Shown here: in pieces, positions 1-10,242 of the stretch
Layout: each line of letters opens with the position of its first letter
How positions within the stretch are numbered: the first letter of the stretch is position 1
Virus record (IMG/VR): IMGVR_UViG_3300042691_030776
Reading direction: 5' to 3' (one strand)
Length of the DNA: 64,000 nt
Source: a virus
Program-made: the position numbers and the translations under genes
The notes under the pieces: model-generated
What the model was told of the DNA's origin: nothing
The model's input: the letters and a program-made list of their open reading frames with translations, nothing else
The model's database searches: none

Positions 1-418
1 GTATCTCTACTACTTTGAGATCGCTGAACTTGGAGTTTACTGCTTCGCCTAACTCTCTAACCACTTGTACTAAAACAGGATCATCTCGATCCAAATCTCG
101 GTCCGAAAATACCTGCTGGCTATAGAGCTGATTATGCTGTTGACGTTCGGGCAGGGTCATGGAGTGCCAGGTCTCTGCATCGGGATCTTCAACACGGTGT
201 TCGGGAGCCACCAACCAAAACCTTGGACCCACGATGCTAAGGCGGTTCTCTTCGATCCAGTACGGAGTACTCGTTATTTCAAGATAGCGTTTTATTCCTT
301 CTGCACTTAAACCAAAACCGCCATGTTGTGTGTTTATAACAACATAGCGGACGCCTTGTATTTCGTTGAGTAACTGTCGTTGGTCTCGAGTGAGATTAGG
401 GTCCTGTAGAGCTTTCAT
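1..418 (-). CDS. Conserved phage hypothetical protein (3' end runs off window)
   Basis: Not in ORF track; manual translation MKALQDPNLT...YVVINTQHGGFGLS...DRDDPVLVQVVRELGE...LKVVEI, open to window edge. Confidence 0.75.
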   Translation of the reverse strand, partial: MKALQDPNLTRDQRQLLNEIQGVRYVVINTQHGGFGLSAEGIKRYLEITSTPYWIEENRLSIVGPRFWLVAPEHRVEDPDAETWHSMTLPERQQHNQLYSQQVFSDRDLDRDDPVLVQVVRELGEAVNSKFSDLKVVEI

Positions 419-692
419 AGGTTTCCCACGAGTTGGTTTCATCATTCCAGTGTCGGCTGTCTGTAATACGCAGATCCGTGGTCCACCCAAACACATTGAC
501 AGTGATCCACGGACCTGCATGGTCTGTTTGACGCCAGTTGAGATCCACAGCCAGTTCAACCCAGTTAAACATGTAGCGACTGAACTGTAGTTCAACGAAC
601 TTATAGGTTGATAGTTGCCAAGAACGATTCCAGAGATTTTGGAAAGATTTACAAGGCCAAGGGTTGCGTAATCTTATACTGAAATCAATCAT
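396..692 (-). CDS. Hypothetical protein
   Basis: 98 aa ORF in the operon downstream of ligase, overlapping both neighbours. Confidence 0.6.
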   Translation of the reverse strand: MIDFSIRLRNPWPCKSFQNLWNRSWQLSTYKFVELQFSRYMFNWVELAVDLNWRQTDHAGPWITVNVFGWTTDLRITDSRHWNDETNSWETYESSTGP

Positions 693-837
693 CGTGATTT
701 TCCTCTAGATATAAAGTACCTGTGACCCGATCAATTTTCATCCCAGACTCGTTGATAAAATAAGGCAAAGATTCTTGGGACTGTTCAATATCAATCATGT
801 ATTCGCCTGCTGTGGTAAACTTTAAATCCTGCATCAT
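685..837 (-). CDS. Small hypothetical protein (~50 aa)
   Basis: Not in ORF track; MMQDLKFTTAGEYMIDIEQ...EENHDD*, start overlaps ligase stop and fills the gap exactly. Confidence 0.55.
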   Translation of the reverse strand: MMQDLKFTTAGEYMIDIEQSQESLPYFINESGMKIDRVTGTLYLEENHDD

Positions 838-2207
838 ATTTTTTCTCCTGCTTCCCAACCACGGAATCTCACGAATCTAGGAAATCTCAGACTGTAGGTA
901 CCATCTTGATTTTGTGTCACCGCATCAGCTTGGACTTCAACCACACGACCAACAAGGTCATTGCGGGCGTTCCAATACTCATCACGATCGCTATCAGACA
1001 AGCCGCTACCAACATTAACACGAATATCACGTCCATTGTCAACTCCTTCACAGATTATAGCACCCAGGCGGCCTTGGTTACGACCGGTGCCTTCTTCAAA
1101 CCCAACTATATCAAGATCCACAGTGATTGTGGGTTTCCACTTCATCCAAAAACTGCTACGCTTACACTCATAAGGAGCATCCACTGCCTTGATCATTATG
1201 CCTTCATAGCCTTCGATCACAGCATCATTGGCAAATCGGCGCATGATATCGTGTCCTTCGGCTGTGTCAAGATCCACATCCATGCCGGGCATCACACGAA
1301 CACATGGACTGTTGTCAATGGCTTCACGACTGTCTTCTAAGATCTGAGTGCGCTTGTGCTGTTGTGCATTCCAGAATCCTCGTTCAAAATCAGCGATGGG
1401 CAGGATATCAAACACATAGTAAGTCATGCCTTCTGTTTTGGCATCACTCTTGCGATGTGCTTGACGCATGAGTTGTTGGAAACTCTCGCCCACGATCTCG
1501 CCGTCTAGCACAAAAGGACCCTTGGTGGCAAGACTGACTTGATTGCGGAAAGTTTCAATGGCCTCAGCCACTTGTGGAAAGTTGTCAAAGGGTTTGCCAT
1601 TGCGGCTGTAGAGATTAACTGTGTTCTTTGTGACCACTGCCAGCACACGCACACCGTCGAGCTTACACTCAATGCGTTTCTTGCCTCTGAGTTTGCTTTG
1701 ATGATCATTGGAATCCGTGGCCAACTGGCAGGTAAACACAGGAATCTTCCATTCTGAGTTGCCCAGCACTTTGTTCAAGGTTTTTTCTGAGATGCCACAG
1801 CGCAGATCTTTGATCAGCACACGACGGGCCAAGCCGTTCCACTCCTCAGAGTCAAAACGACTGGCCAGTTCTTCTATCTTGTCCTTTGCTTTGCCGCCAG
1901 TGATGCTACGAGTACGCAGGGCCTCTGTCAGAGCCCAGAACTCAGTCCAAGGATTATCTTGGCCTGTGAGTCCTGAGGTTTCAGGAACTTTCTTTATACC
2001 ATAGACGAAATAAGGATTGTAGGCCAGGTAACAGTTGTATAAAAAACACTGAGCACCTGCTGAGCCCAAGCGGGCCGCTACTAGAGCCTTTTCGATCACT
2101 GCTTCTTTGTGTAGCCTAGAGTCTGAGCCTTCGAGATCTTGTATCCAATCTGCCGCCACTTTGAGTCCGTTGTATTCTTTATTTTGCCAATCGCGAGCCT
2201 GAGTCAT
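834..2207 (-). CDS. lig: ATP-dependent DNA ligase
   Basis: Motif I ECKLDGVR, motif III VLDGEI, EGIMIK, KWKP, OB domain VGSG and SLRFPRF. Confidence 0.95.
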   Translation of the reverse strand: MTQARDWQNKEYNGLKVAADWIQDLEGSDSRLHKEAVIEKALVAARLGSAGAQCFLYNCYLAYNPYFVYGIKKVPETSGLTGQDNPWTEFWALTEALRTRSITGGKAKDKIEELASRFDSEEWNGLARRVLIKDLRCGISEKTLNKVLGNSEWKIPVFTCQLATDSNDHQSKLRGKKRIECKLDGVRVLAVVTKNTVNLYSRNGKPFDNFPQVAEAIETFRNQVSLATKGPFVLDGEIVGESFQQLMRQAHRKSDAKTEGMTYYVFDILPIADFERGFWNAQQHKRTQILEDSREAIDNSPCVRVMPGMDVDLDTAEGHDIMRRFANDAVIEGYEGIMIKAVDAPYECKRSSFWMKWKPTITVDLDIVGFEEGTGRNQGRLGAIICEGVDNGRDIRVNVGSGLSDSDRDEYWNARNDLVGRVVEVQADAVTQNQDGTYSLRFPRFVRFRGWEAGEKI

Positions 2208-2223
2208 GCCTGTACCTTTTTAT

Positions 2224-2472
2224 TTAAACCAGATCCACTTGGAAATCAATATCCATTTTTTGCATGCGACCATCATACACTGAAGTACGACTGGCCAAGC
2301 TTCGGATACCTTCGCGAGCGATACGTTCAAGAGCAGTCCATACTGCCACCCGCTGTTCAACGAAACACATCTCAGTCATGCCCTTGACGGTGGTATGGAA
2401 TCCCACACCATTTACGATGACACGGATTCGTTGACTGTTATTCAGTCCAGCAATGATTCTTTTTTCACGCAT
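2224..2472 (-). CDS. Early hypothetical protein
   Basis: 82 aa; RBS TAGGAG and sigma70 promoter directly upstream. Confidence 0.75.
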   Translation of the reverse strand: MREKRIIAGLNNSQRIRVIVNGVGFHTTVKGMTEMCFVEQRVAVWTALERIAREGIRSLASRTSVYDGRMQKMDIDFQVDLV

Positions 2473-2504
2473 ATCTAGCTCCTACTCTGTTACTGTATTC
2501 TATT

Positions 2505-2533
2505 ATTATAGCAAAATGGCCGTTTCTGGTCAA
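2505..2533 (-). promoter_or_regulatory. Sigma70-type early promoter
   Basis: TTGACC-17 nt-TATAAT (GGTTGACCAGAAACGGCCATTTTGCTATAAT). Confidence 0.85.
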
Positions 2534-2535
2534 CC

Positions 2536-2567
2536 AAAGAAAAACCCTGCATCTAGCAGGGTCTTTT
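2536..2567 (-). terminator. Intrinsic terminator (possibly bidirectional)
   Basis: AAAACCCTGC-ATCTA-GCAGGGTCTTTT inverted repeat flanked by A and T tracts. Confidence 0.8.
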
Positions 2568-2583
2568 GCTGGGTCAGTGAGTA

Positions 2584-4824
2584 CTAACTTCGTATTACTA
2601 GGGCCTCTGCTTGCTCTTTGGTGTACTGGTTTGGAGCCAAGGTACCTGGTTCTTCGATGCTTTCGGTGGGCAACGATGTGTCTTGTTCTAGCCCTGCGGC
2701 TGCCAGGCGTTCAGAATTTCGGCCTTCGCGCATGGCCGCGATCATAGCTTGTCCACCAAGATTGTTGGCCACAGCCACACGTTCCAACCACATAGCAGGG
2801 CCACCAAACTCTGTGTACTTGGCGTATTCAGGTAGTTGCTCTGCAAAACTCATTGCCACGTTGTTGTTGGGCAATATGTCACTGGCCACAAGATCAATCC
2901 TTTGTCTGTTGAGATACTCTCTGCCCAGTTGATCTTGCCAGGCTTGTTCATTGTTGTAAACTGTCTGTGCTGTTGAATAGTTGTCGATTATGTCTACAGA
3001 CGCTACAGCAGTTACAGGGATGATGCCATTGATCCAGGCATCCTCGTATGCTTCTTCGGCTGTGCTATAAGGACCATAGGTTCCGGCTGCGGCCCAACCC
3101 GCTGGTATTTCTACTTCCCAAGCTGGTGGATCTAGCATTGGATCAGGTGCAGTGTTTACAGGACCAAATGTACCTTGGCTAAACGCCTGTATTGTTTCAT
3201 AGATACCTTGAACTTGTGTAAACTCTGAAAACGCACCTGCCGCATTCAACTCAGCTAACTTTGTGGAGTTATCTTGTAAATAAGAACCGCTGTTGTATCC
3301 GGCGGCAAAACCAATAACATCGGATATTACCAGTTTTCCAAGAGCTCCTGTGCCCAGAGGAATGTCGTAGTCTTGATTGTACTGAGTATTCCAATAATCA
3401 AGAACACCTTGTGGAATATATTGAGTTTGCCCTTGTATCAGCGGTAAGTCTTCAAGATTTTCCAATCCGCCAATGGTCACGGCCAGTGTGTCTGTCGAAG
3501 AGTTCTGTATGCCTTTGATCTGTAACAAACTGCGTGACAAGGCATCATTGGCCACTGCAAGATCATCAGGTATTATACCTTTGAGATCTTGGCCTAGATG
3601 ATTGAGTTGAGGATTCACAGCACCTGATTCATCCTCATATATGGCTCGGAATCCCACACTGGCAGTTCTCACAGGAGTGGTCAGTGTGGTATAACTCTTG
3701 CCAAACAACTTAGTAGGATTAAGAAGATCCTGACCTGTGCGAACTGCTGTTTGTGTGTTGTTGAGGATGGCCTTGACTTGAGATACCTCTGTGGGAGACA
3801 ATGTGCCAAGCTGAGCATATATGTCTTTTTGTATCGAAGGAGGAAGATTGGCACCTGTCCTGGCCAGAGTATTCAAGTCCACTCCTAGATCTTTTAGAGT
3901 GATATTACGAGTAACATCTGTCAGGCTGATGGTAGATTTACCGCCGGTGAGCACACCATAGGCCGATGTCACTATGTTATAACCAAGCTCTTGTGCTGTT
4001 TTTTCGCTGATCTTGATAGTTCCTAACTTTTCGTACATGGGTCCCAAGGTTCCGTTATTTTCCATGTTGGCCATGAGCTGTCCGGGAGACCCAAGATTTT
4101 TTAGATTTTCCCAACTCACAGTATCACCAAGTTGAGAGATGTCGTCACCTAAGCCTTTGACCCAGTTGGATACTCCGGTGACACCAGCTGTGATAGTTTC
4201 TTCCATGCTGGTAAAAGTTTTTTCTAGATACTTGCCACCGCGTTCGGCCGCATTGACAAAACTGTTGGCAGTGTTGACATAGCTCTGTGCTGTGTTGAAT
4301 ATACTTCCTAATATTTTTGGATCGCCAACCAATGCACCCGCAACCAGTGTTCCAGTGCCTCCCAAGGATTGACTTGCCCATTTTATGCTTTCTTGGATGG
4401 CTGTGGTGTAAACTTGTTCTGTGACCGTTGCTAAGAACTGTGCAGTCTTGGGACCAAAAGTACCAGTCACGCTATTGAGAACTTCTTTACCAGCTGCCGC
4501 GGGTGCAGTGGAAATAGCGTTCCAAGCTTCACGCATGGGCTGTGTGAACTCTAGCACAGCATTTTTCATCTCGCCCAAGGTTTGTGTAAGACTGCTGTAC
4601 CAACTCTGGCTAGTGGTAGTCAACAGGCCCTGAGAAGTGGCCTGTGCAGTACTCATGACTTGACTGGTGCCATCAGGAAAGAACACAGTGACTTCGCTCA
4701 AAGAACCCAGCGCGGCTTCTCCTCCAATGGGTGCGCCACCAAGTATTTCTGACAGGCCGCCGTTGGCAATGAACGACGCGGCCGCGGTCATTATGATCGA
4801 GGTTAACGCACCTGCGCAGGCCAT
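2584..4824 (-). CDS. Large hypothetical protein, probably virion/baseplate-associated
   Basis: 746 aa, T/G/A/N-rich, hydrophobic N-terminus, immediately downstream of PAAR gene. Confidence 0.55.
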   Translation of the reverse strand: MACAGALTSIIMTAAASFIANGGLSEILGGAPIGGEAALGSLSEVTVFFPDGTSQVMSTAQATSQGLLTTTSQSWYSSLTQTLGEMKNAVLEFTQPMREAWNAISTAPAAAGKEVLNSVTGTFGPKTAQFLATVTEQVYTTAIQESIKWASQSLGGTGTLVAGALVGDPKILGSIFNTAQSYVNTANSFVNAAERGGKYLEKTFTSMEETITAGVTGVSNWVKGLGDDISQLGDTVSWENLKNLGSPGQLMANMENNGTLGPMYEKLGTIKISEKTAQELGYNIVTSAYGVLTGGKSTISLTDVTRNITLKDLGVDLNTLARTGANLPPSIQKDIYAQLGTLSPTEVSQVKAILNNTQTAVRTGQDLLNPTKLFGKSYTTLTTPVRTASVGFRAIYEDESGAVNPQLNHLGQDLKGIIPDDLAVANDALSRSLLQIKGIQNSSTDTLAVTIGGLENLEDLPLIQGQTQYIPQGVLDYWNTQYNQDYDIPLGTGALGKLVISDVIGFAAGYNSGSYLQDNSTKLAELNAAGAFSEFTQVQGIYETIQAFSQGTFGPVNTAPDPMLDPPAWEVEIPAGWAAAGTYGPYSTAEEAYEDAWINGIIPVTAVASVDIIDNYSTAQTVYNNEQAWQDQLGREYLNRQRIDLVASDILPNNNVAMSFAEQLPEYAKYTEFGGPAMWLERVAVANNLGGQAMIAAMREGRNSERLAAAGLEQDTSLPTESIEEPGTLAPNQYTKEQAEALVIRS

Positions 4825-4825
4825 G

Positions 4826-5110
4826 TTAGGTTCCTACTATGACGTCAAGACTACCAAAGGCTCTGGGATGGAAACAAGTGTCTGGTGAGCCCACATACAC
4901 AATGGGCTTGCCTTCTGCTGTGACCGACAAACTACCCAGGGTAGTGACTGCCAAACAGTGTAGTTTCTTCTTGGGGCAAGGTGGGTGTGGTGTGACAAAG
5001 GTGCCTGTGGTGCAGGCTGGTCGGCCATTGATCAGCACACTCATGGCGCCAGGGAAGATTGCAAGTCCTCCTGCTATGTTTGGATCTCCGATTCTTACTG
5101 CTGGTGGCAT
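4826..5110 (-). CDS. PAAR spike-tip protein (T4 gp5.4-like)
   Basis: PAVRIGD, SVLINGRPA, GKPIVYVG repeats, His/Cys metal ligands, GSLDVIVG C-terminus. Confidence 0.9.
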   Translation of the reverse strand: MPPAVRIGDPNIAGGLAIFPGAMSVLINGRPACTTGTFVTPHPPCPKKKLHCLAVTTLGSLSVTAEGKPIVYVGSPDTCFHPRAFGSLDVIVGT

Positions 5111-5113
5111 ATT

Positions 5114-5419
5114 TTATCCTGTTATGATTTGCTTGGCTGTGGGAGTTACGATACCTGTAGTGGCTTCGATATACTTGGCCCGTACATCTTCGCGAGTCTC
5201 CGCAGACAGCGCAATACTAGCAGTATTTATATGTACATTTTTGTCTGAATTTGAGCTGAACAAACAAGGCATCATTTGCAGGCCTTGTGGGCCCAACACC
5301 ATGCTAATGGGCTGTGCGACTTCTATAGTGTCAGCAGTTTTGCTGTGGATTTTGGCAGTGATTTCTTCACCGCTGACCAGTTTGAAAGTGTAGATTTCGT
5401 TGAGTTGTAAATGATTCAT
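5114..5419 (-). CDS. Hypothetical protein, possible Sm/LSm-like fold
   Basis: FKLVSGEEITAKI N-terminal strand motif and YxEATTGIVTP tail. Confidence 0.55.
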   Translation of the reverse strand: MNHLQLNEIYTFKLVSGEEITAKIHSKTADTIEVAQPISMVLGPQGLQMMPCLFSSNSDKNVHINTASIALSAETREDVRAKYIEATTGIVTPTAKQIITG

Positions 5420-5685
5420 AGGGTTCCTAGGTTATCAGTAAGGCCCAAGCGAGTACGAATCTCGTCTGTGCTCAGCTTACTTAAACCTTGGAAACCACCT
5501 TCTACAAATAACTTACCTTCGTAATAAATCTGTGGAACTGTGCGATGCCCTTGCTCCATGATAAACTCACGTGCTGTATTATCTTCATCGATTTTTACTT
5601 CTTCAAATGCAATGTCTTTATTTTTTAACAATGCCTTGACTTGATCGCAAAATGGGCAATGTTTTTTTGAATATACAGTAAGCAT
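5416..5685 (-). CDS. grx: Glutaredoxin
   Basis: CPFC active site, RTVPQI, GGF; start refined to ATG 5685 after RBS AAGGA. Confidence 0.92.
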   Translation of the reverse strand: MLTVYSKKHCPFCDQVKALLKNKDIAFEEVKIDEDNTAREFIMEQGHRTVPQIYYEGKLFVEGGFQGLSKLSTDEIRTRLGLTDNLGTL

Positions 5686-5705
5686 GATTTTCCTTTTGTT
5701 ATATT

Positions 5706-6356
5706 TTAACGAACACCCGAAGCAAGAACAATCTTGCAAATGTGTTCCAATCGTTCAATGTGTTCATATGCTCGCCAAGGCGTAGTGTCAATAGCCACAA
5801 CACCGTGCCCTTTGATGCCAACAATGTCATAGGCAATGTTACCATCGTCATCTAACTGTAAGTTCTTATGACATTGATCTGCAAGCTCTTGACTGATGGG
5901 CGGAACATCACCTACATTGGGTGCGACCCGGGTGTATCGGTTGAGTTCAGGAAATGATTTGCTGACCGTGCTAAGGTCAATGCCAGCATGCATGGCCGCA
6001 ATACAGTAAGTAGGATGAACGTGTATGACTACTCGAACTTCACCACGATGCTGTCCCATATTTCTTTGTAAGCCAAAGTGTAGAGGTATCTCCCCACTGG
6101 GTTTTAAGTTGGCACTGATATCAGTATAATAATCTTCTTCCCATCCTTTTGTTAGGAAAGGAGGAGTTGGATTTATCTGCGTGATTAGTTTAATCTTCTT
6201 AAACTGGTCAGGTTGCAGAGTTTGCTTTCGAACACCACTGGGTGTGATATAAAAATGATCACGGTCGTGATGTCTGATGCTGATATTTCCATCACGACTT
6301 GTAATCCAGTTACGCTTGTAGGCGTCTACTAGAATGTCACAACAAGTTTCAAGCAT
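5706..6356 (-). CDS. Class II aldolase/adducin family protein
   Basis: DGNIS, ITPSG, PSGEIPLH, HVHP, GHGVV Zn-binding motifs. Confidence 0.88.
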   Translation of the reverse strand: MLETCCDILVDAYKRNWITSRDGNISIRHHDRDHFYITPSGVRKQTLQPDQFKKIKLITQINPTPPFLTKGWEEDYYTDISANLKPSGEIPLHFGLQRNMGQHRGEVRVVIHVHPTYCIAAMHAGIDLSTVSKSFPELNRYTRVAPNVGDVPPISQELADQCHKNLQLDDDGNIAYDIVGIKGHGVVAIDTTPWRAYEHIERLEHICKIVLASGVR

Positions 6357-7480
6357 TAGAGACTCATTCCTGTAAATGTGTTTGAGTCAACATCTTGCTT
6401 GGTACCGCCGATCACATAACTAGTGATTTCGGTTTCTTGTGGTGCCACTTGAACATCACCACCAGCGATCCATTTCTGTGTCCAAGGTAGTGGATTTGAA
6501 CCGCCTTTGTAATGATTAGGTAAGCCCAGAGCAGTCATACGCTTGTGGGCGATCCACTCTACATAGTCGCAGAGTAGTTGTTTGTTGAGGCCAATCATTG
6601 ATCCATCTTTGAATAGATAATCCGCCCAGGCTTCTTCTTGCGCCACAGCAGATTCAAACATGGCCACTACTTCAGCTTCGGTCTCTTGACGGATTTTAGC
6701 AAAGTCAGGGTCGTCCTGTGGCAGTATCTTTAACAAACTCTGACTGAATCCAAGATGCACATTTTCGTCACGTGCGATTAGCTTAATGATCTTGGCATTG
6801 CCCTCCATCTTCTTGAGTTCTGCAAAGGCCCAGGAGCAAGCAAAACTCACGTAGAAGCGGATGCCTTCCAACACGTTTACACTGTTGAGGCACAGCCACA
6901 GTTTCTTCTTGAGCTCGTATTCAGACACTTCAAACTTGACTCCGTTACATTCATGATTGCCAGCACCCAGCAATAGATACCATTGGCTGTAGCGTATGAG
7001 ATCGTCGTAGTATTTGGAAATGTCGTTGCCACAGGCGATGATATCATCCACTTCCAACATTTCGTCAAACACTCGGCCGGGATCTGAGTACACGTTACGG
7101 ATGATGTGGGTATAACTACGGCTATGGATGGTCTCTGAGAAGGCCCAAGTCTCAATCCAGGTCTCAAGTTCAGGCAGTGTGACTATGGGCAAGAATGCCA
7201 AGTTGGGACTACGACCTTGCACAGAGTCTAGCAAGATCTGGCGCTTGAGGTTGGCAGTAAAGATATGCTGTTCAAAGGGTGTGAGATCTTTGAAGTCCTT
7301 GGCATCACGCAGGACATCAACTTCCTCTGGGCGCCAAAAAAATCCCAACTGCTTGTCAGTGAGTTTGTCAAACTGACGATACTTCAGTGTATCGTATCTT
7401 TGCATTCCAAGGCTGCCTTGTGGGTCAAGGAAGGCCAGGCTGGTGGTGTGGTCACGCTTGTTTAAATTCAATACGCTCAT
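6356..7480 (-). CDS. nrdB: Ribonucleotide reductase class Ia beta subunit
   Basis: FFWRPEEVD, ETIHSRSY (Tyr radical), EGIRFYVSF, DENVH; start refined to MSVLN. Confidence 0.97.
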   Translation of the reverse strand: MSVLNLNKRDHTTSLAFLDPQGSLGMQRYDTLKYRQFDKLTDKQLGFFWRPEEVDVLRDAKDFKDLTPFEQHIFTANLKRQILLDSVQGRSPNLAFLPIVTLPELETWIETWAFSETIHSRSYTHIIRNVYSDPGRVFDEMLEVDDIIACGNDISKYYDDLIRYSQWYLLLGAGNHECNGVKFEVSEYELKKKLWLCLNSVNVLEGIRFYVSFACSWAFAELKKMEGNAKIIKLIARDENVHLGFSQSLLKILPQDDPDFAKIRQETEAEVVAMFESAVAQEEAWADYLFKDGSMIGLNKQLLCDYVEWIAHKRMTALGLPNHYKGGSNPLPWTQKWIAGGDVQVAPQETEITSYVIGGTKQDVDSNTFTGMSL

Positions 7481-7491
7481 TGTTTTCTCTT

Positions 7492-9801
7492 TTATATTTT
7501 GCAACTATCGCAATCAGCATCGTCTGCGATCATTTCTGGTGCTTCGATCAGTATTTCTTGTTTGTTGATCCTGTCAACATCTATCTCTCCAGACCCATCA
7601 TAGGTGTTAAAGTAATAGAGTTGTTTGCCGCCATACTTATAAAACATGATCATGTGCTTGAGCATTTCGCTCATTGGAATCTTTTCATCTTCAAAGAACT
7701 GTGGATTGTAACTGGTATTCACAGAGATACCTTGATCGATATACTTCTGTAGCACTGCCATGATCTTCAAATAACCTTCAGGACTACGTTGATCCCAAAG
7801 CAGTTCGTACTTGTTCTTGAGGCGTCGGTATTCAGGAACCACTTGCCTAAGAACACCGTCCTTGCTCTGCTTGATAGAAACATAGCTCCGTGGTGGTTCT
7901 ACACCATTGGTGCTGTTAGAAATCTGTGCTGACGTTTCAGCAGGCATTAGTGCCATGAGCGTGGAGTTACGGATACCAGTCTGTTTCAACTGTGCTCGTA
8001 GTCCTGCCCAATCAACAGCGTCAACATGAGAAACTAGTTCGTCGACTTCTTGCTTGTAAGTGTCCACGGGCAATATGCCATCGCCGTACTTGGTTTCATT
8101 GCTCTTGGGACATGCGCCAAACTCACGTGCAAGATCAGCTGATGCTTTGATCAAATAGTACGACCAATACTGTGCCCAACGATCTACCACAGGCAATGCC
8201 GCTGGGTTACTATAGCTTAGATCATTCTTGGCCAACCAGTAGGCAAAGTTAATAATACCAACACCCAATGGTCTACGAGCTTCTGTGGCCAACTGTGCCG
8301 CAATGATGGGATAGTTCTGATAGCTTAACAGCGCATCAAGTCCTCGCACTGCCAAAGTACAGGCTTTTTCCATGTCTTCAGGATCACGGAATACACCCCA
8401 GTTGATAGCACTCAGTGTGCAAAGAGCGATCTCTCCATTGACATCATGTACATCGTCAAGAGGCTTGGTAGGCAATGTGATCTCACAGCAGAGGTTGCTC
8501 ATTTTAACAGGTGCCAAGTCTGGTTTGAATGAGCCGTGAGTGTTGGCATGATCAACGTTTTGTAGATACACACGACCGGTGTCTTTGCGTTCTTGCATGA
8601 ATGCAGTGAACAGGTCGATGGCTTTGACTTTCTTCTTACGGAGTTTGGTATTTCGTTCGGCTGTTTCATACAGTTCACGGAAACGATCTACATCAGTGAA
8701 GAAAGCTTCGTACATTTCTGGCACATCATGAGGCGAGAACAGGGTGATATCTCCGCCGCTCAACAGTCTTTCATACATGACTTTGTTGAACTGCACACCA
8801 TAGTCCATGTGGCGCACACGATTGTCTTCAGTACCTTTGTTGTTTTTCAACACCAGCAGGTCTTCAACTTCGTAATGCCATATGGGATAATAAAGAGTGG
8901 CGGCTCCATTGCGTACACCACCTTGGCTACACGAGCGGGTAGCCGCCTGAAACATTTTGTAAAAGGGAATCACACCAGTGTGGTATGCATCACCGTTGCG
9001 AATGGGGCTACCCAAAGCACGGATACGTCCACCACCGATGCCGATACCGGCCTTTTGACTCACATACTTTACAATACTGCTAGATGTTGCATTGATCGAG
9101 TCAAGACTGTCTCCTGTTTCAATCAACACACATGATGAAAACTGTCGCATGGGTGTACGCACACCTGCCATCACAGGAGTAGGCAAGCTCACTTGATGCT
9201 GGCTGATAGCATCATAGTAATCACGCACCCACATCATACGACTGTCACGAGGATAATGTTGGAACAGCGTGGCCGCGATCAGAGCATAGGCCATCTGTGG
9301 TGTTTCAAAGATTTCTTTAGTCACCCGATTTTGCACTAGATACTTGCCACGAAACTGTTCCATGGCCGCATAGGTCAGCTGTTCGTCACGATCGTGGCGG
9401 ATGAAACTGTTGATACGCTCCCATTCATCTTCAGTGTAGGCTGCGAGAAGCTCGCTGTCATAGAATCCTGCGGCAACATTTTTCTTGACCAAGTCAAGTA
9501 TGTGCCAAGGTTGGAACTGCCCATACACTTGCTTACGAAGATGATATACAACCAGTCGACCGGCCACATACTGATAGTTGGGAGTTTCTTCTGTGATGAG
9601 ATCTGCCGCCGATTTGATCAGGGTTTCCTGGATGTCAGCTGTTTTTATTCCATTGTAAAACTGTATGTGTGATTTGATTTCAACTTGGCTGGCTGAAACT
9701 CCTGTGATGCCTTCTGTGGCCCAAAACACTACTTTATGGAGTTTCTCTAGATCTAGTGGCTCCCGACGGCCGTCTCTTTTTGTGATTTGTATTTGTGTCA
9801 T
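7492..9801 (-). CDS. nrdA: Ribonucleotide reductase class Ia alpha subunit
   Basis: ATP cone (ITKRDG), QFSSCV, SNLCCEI, LYYF, C-terminal CDSCKI. Confidence 0.97.
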   Translation of the reverse strand: MTQIQITKRDGRREPLDLEKLHKVVFWATEGITGVSASQVEIKSHIQFYNGIKTADIQETLIKSAADLITEETPNYQYVAGRLVVYHLRKQVYGQFQPWHILDLVKKNVAAGFYDSELLAAYTEDEWERINSFIRHDRDEQLTYAAMEQFRGKYLVQNRVTKEIFETPQMAYALIAATLFQHYPRDSRMMWVRDYYDAISQHQVSLPTPVMAGVRTPMRQFSSCVLIETGDSLDSINATSSSIVKYVSQKAGIGIGGGRIRALGSPIRNGDAYHTGVIPFYKMFQAATRSCSQGGVRNGAATLYYPIWHYEVEDLLVLKNNKGTEDNRVRHMDYGVQFNKVMYERLLSGGDITLFSPHDVPEMYEAFFTDVDRFRELYETAERNTKLRKKKVKAIDLFTAFMQERKDTGRVYLQNVDHANTHGSFKPDLAPVKMSNLCCEITLPTKPLDDVHDVNGEIALCTLSAINWGVFRDPEDMEKACTLAVRGLDALLSYQNYPIIAAQLATEARRPLGVGIINFAYWLAKNDLSYSNPAALPVVDRWAQYWSYYLIKASADLAREFGACPKSNETKYGDGILPVDTYKQEVDELVSHVDAVDWAGLRAQLKQTGIRNSTLMALMPAETSAQISNSTNGVEPPRSYVSIKQSKDGVLRQVVPEYRRLKNKYELLWDQRSPEGYLKIMAVLQKYIDQGISVNTSYNPQFFEDEKIPMSEMLKHMIMFYKYGGKQLYYFNTYDGSGEIDVDRINKQEILIEAPEMIADDADCDSCKI

Positions 9802-9808
9802 CGCTACC

Positions 9809-10240
9809 TCAGTTAATTTTCTTTACTACCGCTTGTGAATCTATGCTTCTCTTGATACTGACTTGTGTGGATGTGATATTTAACAACTCCCCAGGGGCCC
9901 AATTCAGGATATATTTTCCCTCGTTCACTAGAACTAAATTGTCTCCAGAACCGCTGTTCTCGGCTATTTGCACAGCGGTTATGTCACTTCTTCCAGTCAT
10001 TTGGATAGTATACACTATGCCGAGAGCTTTTGCAAGACTGCAGAAGTAGTTATCGGCCAAAAGCTGCCAGGGATCAGGCCAATCGGCCAAGTCATCCCAA
10101 TGCAGATAGTGGTTGACAATAGGAACACGTTGCCACCAATCGTTTATGGCCAGCAGTGCGTCTTCTAATGGATTATCAATATTGGCTGTACGCAGTTCTC
10201 TCCACTGCGCCAACCGTTCTTCGTAACGGTCAGGCCACAC
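9809..10240 (-). CDS. Conserved hypothetical protein
   Basis: 143 aa, WPDPWQLL motif; GTG start. Confidence 0.65.
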   Translation of the reverse strand: MWPDRYEERLAQWRELRTANIDNPLEDALLAINDWWQRVPIVNHYLHWDDLADWPDPWQLLADNYFCSLAKALGIVYTIQMTGRSDITAVQIAENSGSGDNLVLVNEGKYILNWAPGELLNITSTQVSIKRSIDSQAVVKKIN

Positions 10241-10242
10241 AG

